From the UHGV virus genome UHGV-0332340: a stretch of 42,718 nucleotides of DNA. One strand, given 5' to 3'. Positions 18,361 through 24,247 of the stretch are shown here, piece after piece. Below the pieces are notes generated by a model, which saw only the letters and a list, made by a program, of their open reading frames with translations, had not been told where the DNA came from and ran no database searches. The stretch is from a virus. Numbering within the stretch: the stretch's first letter is position 1; each line of letters starts with the position of its first letter. A program made the position numbers and the translations under genes.

Positions 18361-18702
18361 CTATTTTTTCTGTAATGGTGGTGTTGCTTCATCACTATTG
18401 GGTACCTCACATCCTATGATATTATTATATATAATATCATAACTAACAGTTCTTGGTTTGTCAAGTTGTTTTTTCAATTCTTCATTTTCGTTGATTAGTT
18501 GAGTGTTGCGTTCTTTTAAATAGTTGTTTTCTTTAAAAATTGTTTTGGCTTGTTCTACAAACATTTCTTTTTGATCTTTGTGGAAATCTCTACTTCGTTC
18601 TAGTTTTTCTATTCTATCATCACACGTTTTATCTGCCATTTTTATACCTAAGCAGATCATTAGTAGTGACCATATAATGAATAATACAATATATCCAATC
18701 AT
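18361..18702 (-). CDS. Small membrane protein (N-terminal TM + coiled coil)
   Basis: N-terminus IVLFIIWSLLMICLGI forms a TM helix, followed by a charged coiled coil. RBS AGGAGG. Confidence 0.5.
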   Translation of the reverse strand: MIGYIVLFIIWSLLMICLGIKMADKTCDDRIEKLERSRDFHKDQKEMFVEQAKTIFKENNYLKERNTQLINENEELKKQLDKPRTVSYDIIYNNIIGCEVPNSDEATPPLQKK

Positions 18703-18758
18703 TTATTTTTCCTCCTATTTGTTTATATAATAATTATAAGTCACATTTATCATTCTTG

Positions 18759-19016
18759 TCAAGTTGTTTTCTCAATTCTTCGTTTTCTTTTTTTAAGCTC
18801 TCTCATCATTGTGTTCACACGTACCATATTTTCGTAAATGGATTGATAGTCATTCTCATAACGTTTCACCTGTTCAACCAAACGTTTGTTCAATTCTTTT
18901 AACTTTTTAATACGTTTGCGGTTTACTTTATCACCTAATTTGAAGGCGAATACTGCTGTAAATTTTAAAATCATTAGAATTACCACTACTAATAGTAGTC
19001 TAATTATGAAATTCAT
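18759..19016 (-). CDS. Small membrane protein (N-terminal TM + basic coiled coil)
   Basis: N-terminus IIRLLLVVVILMILKF forms a TM helix, followed by a K/R-rich helix. Confidence 0.5.
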   Translation of the reverse strand: MNFIIRLLLVVVILMILKFTAVFAFKLGDKVNRKRIKKLKELNKRLVEQVKRYENDYQSIYENMVRVNTMMRELKKRKRRIEKTT

Positions 19017-19195
19017 TCTTCTTCCTCCATAATCTCATCAATAATTTCCAATAAATCTTTTCTCATTTGTTCTTTGCGTGCTTTTTCTTTTTTAATTTTT
19101 CTATCTGTCTTAATCTCATCAATCATATAGATGATAGCTATAATACCTACGGCAGCTAATAGATTAATTATTACAAGATATGTTATCATTATCAT
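19013..19195 (-). CDS. Small membrane protein (N-terminal TM + charged tail)
   Basis: TM helix YLVIINLLAAVGIIAIIYMI, then a KKEKARKEQMRK stretch and an acidic end. Confidence 0.45.
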   Translation of the reverse strand: MIMITYLVIINLLAAVGIIAIIYMIDEIKTDRKIKKEKARKEQMRKDLLEIIDEIMEEEE

Positions 19196-19389
19196 TGTTC
19201 TTCCTCCTTATATAGTTTAATTTTATCCATACCAATCATCATATATCCAACAACAACCATCAGTTCATCATATGTTAAAGTGACTTGATATTTAAAGCTA
19301 TTTTCAGTACATACACCATTTTGCCAGTATCCACTTGCAACATCTTTTAGTGGATTATTCCATTCGTCAATTTCTCTTTTTAAATTCAT
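19192..19389 (-). CDS. Hypothetical protein
   Basis: 65-aa ORF with an ATGA-type overlap. Confidence 0.4.
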   Translation of the reverse strand: MNLKREIDEWNNPLKDVASGYWQNGVCTENSFKYQVTLTYDELMVVVGYMMIGMDKIKLYKEEEQ

Positions 19390-19400
19390 CTTATTTCCTC

Positions 19401-19727
19401 CTATTTGTAAATGTCCATCAATTTGATAATTTTCTGAAATAGTTGTGTATCTTTTGTGAGAAAATGAAAGCGTTCTTGGTGTAAGTTATCTAACCAGTGA
19501 AAGCGCTTTTCTAATTCGTTTAACTCTTCGATTATGGTGCGCATTTCTTTTTCAGATTGTTCTATTTTGTTATGTGTCTGCCAGTAACGTTGTGTGGTGT
19601 GGCTCTGCATGCTGTCTGGTTCGTTCATCTTCATTAATTGTTCCATTGCTTTCTCATGAGACTTAGAGAGTCGTTTGAACTCTCTAAGCTGTATCTTCAT
19701 GATCTCAGTGTAATATTTGGCTAACAT
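19401..19727 (-). CDS. Hypothetical coiled-coil protein
   Basis: 108 aa. Confidence 0.4.
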   Translation of the reverse strand: MLAKYYTEIMKIQLREFKRLSKSHEKAMEQLMKMNEPDSMQSHTTQRYWQTHNKIEQSEKEMRTIIEELNELEKRFHWLDNLHQERFHFLTKDTQLFQKIIKLMDIYK

Positions 19728-19954
19728 AGTAACATCTCCTTAAGTTTACGGTAGTCATCTCTTAACTCAGCTAAAACTTTTTCTTCAGCGTCATTATCGT
19801 TTGCCCATTTGAATATTTCATCCATATGATTGTCTAACCATTCTGAAGTCATTTCCATTTCTTCATTGCTTTCAATTTCTGCCATTTCGTCTACGAAGTC
19901 GCTCGCTAGTTTATCCATTTTAACTTGTAGTTCGTTGTATTTTTCGTGTGTCAT
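19721..19954 (-). CDS. Small highly acidic protein (candidate DNA mimic)
   Basis: 77 aa, 23 Asp/Glu against 9 Lys/Arg. Second gene of the early operon, behind the conserved promoter. Confidence 0.45.
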   Translation of the reverse strand: MTHEKYNELQVKMDKLASDFVDEMAEIESNEEMEMTSEWLDNHMDEIFKWANDNDAEEKVLAELRDDYRKLKEMLLC

Positions 19955-19962
19955 TTTGTTTT

Positions 19963-20014
19963 CCTCCTCTTATCTTATGCACTAAGTATAACATGCTTAG
20001 AAACCAGTGTCAAC
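19963..20014 (-). promoter_or_regulatory. Early promoter P2 (TTGACA-N17-TATACT + conserved leader)
   Basis: TTGACA, 17-nt spacer, then TATACTTAGTGCATAAGATAAGAGGAGG. Confidence 0.6.
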
Positions 20015-20243
20015 TGTTTAGCAACATTTTTCTAATTGTTTTATAGTGTCCTTTGATTGCCGCTTCTTTGTTTCTATATTGCTTGGTATACTCTGATAGT
20101 TCATCATAGTTAAAAATCTGTCTGTCCATTGCTTCAAAAACCATTGTCTCGTAAAGTGGAATTGTTTTGCTCAGCCAGGTTGTGCTAATGCAATACTCAA
20201 CGCCGTCTATTTCAATAAATGTTTTAATGTCTATTTCATTCAT
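20010..20243 (-). CDS. Hypothetical protein
   Basis: 77-aa ORF. Confidence 0.4.
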   Translation of the reverse strand: MNEIDIKTFIEIDGVEYCISTTWLSKTIPLYETMVFEAMDRQIFNYDELSEYTKQYRNKEAAIKGHYKTIRKMLLNS

Positions 20244-20276
20244 AATTAATTCCTCCTTTTTATTTTACTTCAAGTA

Positions 20277-20495
20277 CTACTTGCTGTTTAGATACTCATA
20301 TAGTACCAATGCATCCAACCCAATAATCATTGGTAGAGTCAATGTGATTGCTAAAATACCATCTAGCGTTTCTGAGAATCCCTGTATTGAAATCATCATA
20401 CTTGTCTCGTAGATTAGTATTACTCCAAAGGTATTTATTGCTAACAACGACAACATATTTGCCACCATCACTAATATTAACAAAAGTTTCTTCAT
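20277..20495 (-). CDS. Small membrane protein, first early gene
   Basis: Real start is MKKLLLILVMV at 20495. The upstream 'LVHKLRGGINM' is a translated leader. The protein has 2-3 TM helices. Confidence 0.45.
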   Translation of the reverse strand: MKKLLLILVMVANMLSLLAINTFGVILIYETSMMISIQGFSETLDGILAITLTLPMIIGLDALVLYEYLNSK

Positions 20496-20502
20496 ATTTA
20501 TT

Positions 20503-20553
20503 CCTCCTCTTAACTTATGAACTAAGTATAGCATGTTCAGCACCAAGCGTCAA
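20503..20553 (-). promoter_or_regulatory. Early promoter P1 (TTGACG-N17-TATACT + conserved leader CATAAGTTAAGAGGAGG)
   Basis: On the minus strand: TTGACG, a 17-nt spacer, then TATACTTAGTTCATAAGTTAAGAGGAGG. Confidence 0.6.
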
Positions 20554-20977
20554 TATAAAAGATTAAAAATGTCACTAATTTTTATGTTTTGTCACTATAT
20601 GACACAGAAATGACGTTTTAAAAATCGCTGTATCCCTTGATACTCTAGGGAAGAGACCAATTTAGTGACAAAATGACAAAAAAAGTACCATACTCTTTAT
20701 ATATAATATATAATATATGCTAATACGCATATTATTTACTTTTTTAGTATTAACTATAATATATTTTGTCATTTTGTCATTATAAAAATAAGAATGTAGA
20801 TATACCAAGGGATACAGCGATTTTAGGTGCCAAAATTAGTGACAAAACGATGACAAAAACAATCCATTTAGTGACAAAATGACTATTTTAGACTGACTTT
20901 TTGTCACTAATAACTGGTTTACTCAACCAACACAGTATCCCTTATCTATGATATAATAGAAACAAAGAGGAGGAGAT
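20547..20977. promoter_or_regulatory. Divergent early/late switch region; probable origin (iterons + long-range inverted repeat + AT-rich core)
   Basis: TTAGTGACA[AAATGAC] occurs three times direct (20662, 20836, 20867) and three times inverted (20571, 20590, 20902). A 19-bp perfect inverted repeat at 20621-20639 and 20806-20824 flanks an AT-rich core. The late promoter TGaTATAAT sits at 20949-20957. Confidence 0.55.
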
Positions 20978-21169
20978 ATGATGAAAGAAGTATTAACCAC
21001 TATCTTATCAATTATAGTAAGTCTTTTGATTATCATTGGTTTCGGTTACATTGCTATCTATTTAGGTATGAAGTTACCATATCAATTATTTCAGCAAGGT
21101 GATTGGGGCTTTGCAATTGCACAGCTGGTTATAGTATGGAGCTGGATATTAGGAGGTAAGGGTAGATGA
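20978..21169 (+). CDS. Small membrane protein (2 TM)
   Basis: RBS AGGAGGAG, 63 aa. First gene on the late strand. Confidence 0.5.
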   Translation: MMKEVLTTILSIIVSLLIIIGFGYIAIYLGMKLPYQLFQQGDWGFAIAQLVIVWSWILGGKGR

Positions 21170-21375
21170 CTAAGATTAATATCACTTTAGACACTGATAA
21201 TAATAAATATTGTGTTGAGGAATTCGAAAGCGAAAACAATCAACAAGGATTTAAAACAGATAAATTAAAAGAAGTTACTTATTATATTAATGATTTATTG
21301 GAGGACTTAAGTAATGAAGACAGACAAACAACTACTAGCACTAAACAAAACAGACCTAGTAAAAGAGTATCGTAA
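21166..21375 (+). CDS. Hypothetical protein
   Basis: ATGA overlap with the previous gene, 69 aa. Confidence 0.4.
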   Translation: MTKINITLDTDNNKYCVEEFESENNQQGFKTDKLKEVTYYINDLLEDLSNEDRQTTTSTKQNRPSKRVS

Positions 21376-21496
21376 GTTAGAAAGTAAACTACAAGAAGTG
21401 TCAGCCAACACTAAAGAGCCAACACTTGAAGAAGCTATTAAGATAGTACAACATCATAATATGATTGTACGCAAGAAACAGCACTATAACTTCTAG
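21314..21496 (+). CDS. Hypothetical protein (overlaps previous ORF by 62 nt)
   Basis: RBS GGAGGA lies 8 nt before the ATG. Which of the two overlapping frames is expressed is unresolved. Confidence 0.3.
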   Translation: MKTDKQLLALNKTDLVKEYRKLESKLQEVSANTKEPTLEEAIKIVQHHNMIVRKKQHYNF

Positions 21497-21507
21497 GAGG
21501 AACGAGT

Positions 21508-21699
21508 ATGGACGAACCAATCATTGAACCAGCAGAACCAACCCTAACAGAGATCGCTCGCTTAGTTGCTAGACGTGATGAGTTAGAAGCTGGTCTCCCA
21601 ATGTATGACGCTCAATACATGCAACACGCAGAAGCATATGCAAGAGTAATGAATGACTTATATGATATTAATAGTAAACTAAAGGAGGTGGGACTCTAA
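21508..21699 (+). CDS. Hypothetical protein
   Basis: RBS TAGGAGGAAC, 63 aa. Confidence 0.45.
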   Translation: MDEPIIEPAEPTLTEIARLVARRDELEAGLPMYDAQYMQHAEAYARVMNDLYDINSKLKEVGL

Positions 21700-21914
21700 T
21701 GCCATATATGTATTGTAATCAACAAGGCTGTAATGAAACAGTTAAGCTACCAGCACAATACTGTGCCAAACATCAACCATTGAAGGTACCTAATCCGTTA
21801 CCAGAACCTGAGTCAGTCAAACCGTTACAAGATACCAAATCATCAGACCTGACACTTAAAGTAGATGTGGATAAAGTTAGCAAGAGTATGAACACAAAGA
21901 AGACTACTAAATAA
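21699..21914 (+). CDS. Zinc-ribbon protein paralogous to the HNH endonuclease N-terminus
   Basis: MPYMYCNQQGCNETVKLPAQYCAKHQ aligns with MPQRKCAVASCRAYVTLPERYCDAHQ of the next gene. Both share the C-x4-C-x10-C-x2-H spacing. Confidence 0.45.
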   Translation: MPYMYCNQQGCNETVKLPAQYCAKHQPLKVPNPLPEPESVKPLQDTKSSDLTLKVDVDKVSKSMNTKKTTK

Positions 21915-21958
21915 TAGTAGTCTTTTATTATATACAATAGAAGGAAGGAGTAAGTACA

Positions 21959-22351
21959 ATGCCACAACGTAAGTGCGCAGTGGCTTCGTGTCGCGCGTAT
22001 GTCACGCTACCTGAGCGCTACTGTGACGCACATCAAGGGTACAACAATAGTCAATACAATAAGCATGTGAGATACAACGATGACAACAAGAAGTACAGTA
22101 ACTTCTATCATTCAACCCAATGGAGGAACGCACGTAAAGCCAAGCTAATGGAGCAACCACTATGCGAGGTATGCTTGGCACAAGGCAAGTACACCAACGC
22201 TAACATGGTTCACCATAAGATAGAATTAAGAAGTCCAAATGGATGGAAACATAGACTTGATTTAAATAACTTAGAATCAATCTGTTACGAGTGTCACAAC
22301 AAGGAAGAGCATAGCTATAGTTGGAAAAATAGAAGTAGGCAACAGCGCTAA
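21959..22351 (+). CDS. HNH endonuclease, terminase-associated (HK97 gp74-like)
   Basis: C-terminal HNH motif (MVHHKIELRS...NLESICYECHNKEEH) and an N-terminal Cys3His ribbon. It lies just upstream of the cos-like region and terS, as in HNH-dependent cos phages. Confidence 0.7.
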   Translation: MPQRKCAVASCRAYVTLPERYCDAHQGYNNSQYNKHVRYNDDNKKYSNFYHSTQWRNARKAKLMEQPLCEVCLAQGKYTNANMVHHKIELRSPNGWKHRLDLNNLESICYECHNKEEHSYSWKNRSRQQR

Positions 22352-22700
22352 ATCAACAACCGCACAGTCAAAATTATTTTTAGGGAGACCCAAAATGTTT
22401 TTACCCCCCTACCTTTTTATAACGAATTAATCGCTGCCCCCTCTTCTTCGCACGAAATTCTAAAAATGAAGTTTGAAAAACGTCCTTTTCCCCTCGTAAA
22501 CGTGATTTAAATCTGGTTTCTTGTGTTGAAAATAAAGGAGTCATACTATATATAGTATGTTATTTCGCTTATACGATTGTTCCCCCTATAAACAAGATTG
22601 AACCCTGGTTTCTTCACACAGGGTTCTTTATATATGATATAATAAAGCTATATAAGGGAGTTATCCGTTAACTCAAAAATAAAATAAGGGAGGTTACACA
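22352..22700 (+). promoter_or_regulatory. Non-coding packaging-site-like region (candidate cos/terS-binding repeats), terminator-like hairpin and late promoter
   Basis: About 350 bp without ORFs. Four C-tracts of the TTnCCCCCT type at 22404, 22437, 22490 and 22582. An 18-bp perfect palindrome at 22542-22559. Hairpin gaaccctg...cagggttc at 22600-22626. Promoter TGaTATAAT at 22635-22643. Confidence 0.4.
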
Positions 22701-22883
22701 ATGCCTGCACCAAAACCAGTGTATGTAAAAGATTTATCAACTGGGCAGACACGCAAATTCAAATCACAATTCGCAGCAGATGATTTTTATAATAAGAAGC
22801 GTGGCTACTTTAAGGACATTAAAACAAAATTAGGCGGACGCAATCGTCACTTTGAAATTACAGAAGCCCCAAAGGAGGATTAA
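22701..22883 (+). CDS. Hypothetical basic protein
   Basis: RBS AAGGGAGG, 60 aa. Confidence 0.4.
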   Translation: MPAPKPVYVKDLSTGQTRKFKSQFAADDFYNKKRGYFKDIKTKLGGRNRHFEITEAPKED

Positions 22884-22887
22884 ACAA

Positions 22888-23217
22888 ATGGCAGAACAAT
22901 GGAAGACAATTCCAGGATACCCCAATTATAAAGTTTCAACAATGGGGCGTGTATTAGCAACAGATGGAATAAAACAAACACAGGTTAAGCCGTATGAAAA
23001 AGATCATGGGTATCTATGTGTTGATTTGTATAAAAATGGGCAACGTACTGGAAAACGCGTTCACATATTGGTAGCAGAAGCGTTTCTTAGTGGTAAAAAA
23101 GAAGGATTCACGGTAGATCATAAAGACCGTAACAGACACAACAATAAGGTGTCAAATCTAATATGGTCTAGCGTATCAGACCAAAACAAAAATAGAACGT
23201 CATGGGCTAAGGAGTGA
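22888..23217 (+). CDS. HNH homing endonuclease (NUMOD4 + HNH_3)
   Basis: WKTIPGYPNYKVSTMGRV (NUMOD4), then VHILVAEAF...VDHKDRNRHNNKVSNL (HNH_3). RBS AAGGAGG before the ATG at 22888. Confidence 0.75.
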   Translation: MAEQWKTIPGYPNYKVSTMGRVLATDGIKQTQVKPYEKDHGYLCVDLYKNGQRTGKRVHILVAEAFLSGKKEGFTVDHKDRNRHNNKVSNLIWSSVSDQNKNRTSWAKE

Positions 23218-23221
23218 TAAA

Positions 23222-23686
23222 ATGGCAAGACCACGAAAATTATTAAACGCTCAGAGTGGTAACTTGACCACTCAGCAACGTGAGGAGCGTGAGAAGGAGG
23301 AAGAAGTACTTTATAACTATGAAAAACTAGACTTTAGTTTTTATCCACCAGGCTTATTACCACAAGCATTCAATGAATGGGATCGCATTGGAGCATATGT
23401 GGGCGATTTGCCTATTTCTGAATTAGATGTTAATACAGTTATTAGATACTGTAATTACAATTATTTATACGCAGAAGCAGTAGAGAAAGTAGCTCAGATG
23501 GGCGCAATTGACCCTGAGACAGGTAAAGCCAATCCATGGGTAAATGCTATGAACTCCTATTCAAAAGAGCTTAAAACGGCAACCAACGACTTAGGTTTAA
23601 CAATCAATTCAAGAATGAAAATTATTCTTCCAGCTGAGAAAGAGAAAGAAGTAATTGACCCATTTGCAAAAATGTTTGAGGGATAA
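23222..23686 (+). CDS. terS: Terminase small subunit (P27 family)
   Basis: MARPRKLL... N-terminus and ~150-aa size typical of the P27 family. Sits upstream of terL. Confidence 0.75.
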   Translation: MARPRKLLNAQSGNLTTQQREEREKEEEVLYNYEKLDFSFYPPGLLPQAFNEWDRIGAYVGDLPISELDVNTVIRYCNYNYLYAEAVEKVAQMGAIDPETGKANPWVNAMNSYSKELKTATNDLGLTINSRMKIILPAEKEKEVIDPFAKMFEG

Positions 23687-23719
23687 ACTACACAAAAATA
23701 AAACTTTGTGGTATAATAA

Positions 23720-24204
23720 ATATATAAATCGAACATTGGAGACACCAAAATATAGGTGATGTAGGAGTCATCTATATTGAACAGTTACCAGACCATTAGG
23801 GTGTATTACTATGGTTCACGCACCCTCTCCCCAGAGATGAGTCTTTGGGGATGTACATATTAGCTAGGTGGCATCTAATACACCTCTCGTGACACCGCAA
23901 GCGAGAGTATGCTAAAACGCTCTCTAATGAGTAGCCATGTGAGAGTTGGAAACCTTAGCTCACAGCGGTATATAGTGGTTCACCACACTCCACATTAAAA
24001 AGGGTTACTGTTTGGATATCAAAGGAACAGTCGTTTACGGCTAACGAAAAGACCGCAAGCCACAGTATCTGGCTATGGGTGTGGTAGTATAACCCTACTT
24101 GACGACTAACACACTGAAAGCGACCATACATTTGATGTAGGGGCGTGTATATTCGCAGATATTACAACATTCCACTAGTCTAGCTAACTAGTGGGTCTTT
24201 TTTT
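23720..24204 (+). ncRNA. Candidate large structured non-coding RNA between terS and terL
   Basis: No ORF >=60 aa in any frame across 23749-24247. Local GC is ~45% against ~35% for the genome. Extended -10 promoter TGGTATAAT at 23709-23717. Strong intrinsic terminator at 24172-24204 (ccactagt/actagtgg plus T7). Many local hairpins and repeated CTCTC/GAGAG and ACCGCAAGC motifs. Confidence 0.45.
24172..24204 (+). terminator. Intrinsic terminator ending the terS-terL intergenic transcript
   Basis: 8-bp stem ccactagt/actagtgg, 7-nt loop, then TCTTTTTTT. Confidence 0.7.
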
Positions 24205-24205
24205 A

Positions 24206-24214
24206 TGCTATAAT
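24206..24214 (+). promoter_or_regulatory. Extended -10 promoter (TGcTATAAT) for terL
   Basis: Lies immediately after the terminator, 25 nt before the RBS AAAGGAGG of terL. Overlaps the ATGCTA...TAGCAT inverted repeat. Confidence 0.5.
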
Positions 24215-24247
24215 ATAAGTGACTAGCATAAAAGGAGGAATACATAA

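Noticed and set aside
22557-22601. 14-codon ORF (MLFRLYDCSPYKQD) starting in the 18-bp palindrome behind an AAGGAG
   Set aside because: Too short to support, with no conservation cues. More likely part of the non-coding packaging-site region.
23800-23985. GGTTCAC motifs resembling tRNA T-loops inside the GC-rich block
   Set aside because: No complementary T-stem arms and no acceptor stem could be built, so it is not a tRNA.
23960-24185. Possible group I intron core: GCGG at ~23966 as P, CCGCAAGC at 24051 as Q, TTGACGACTAACAC at 24098 as R, ACTAGTC at 24174 as S
   Set aside because: Both flanking genes (terS, terL) have complete, canonical N- and C-termini, so no host exon is interrupted. 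The S/P7 candidate lies inside the terminator hairpin. The similarity to the P/Q/R/S elements is short and from memory only. Kept as something for cmsearch to exclude.
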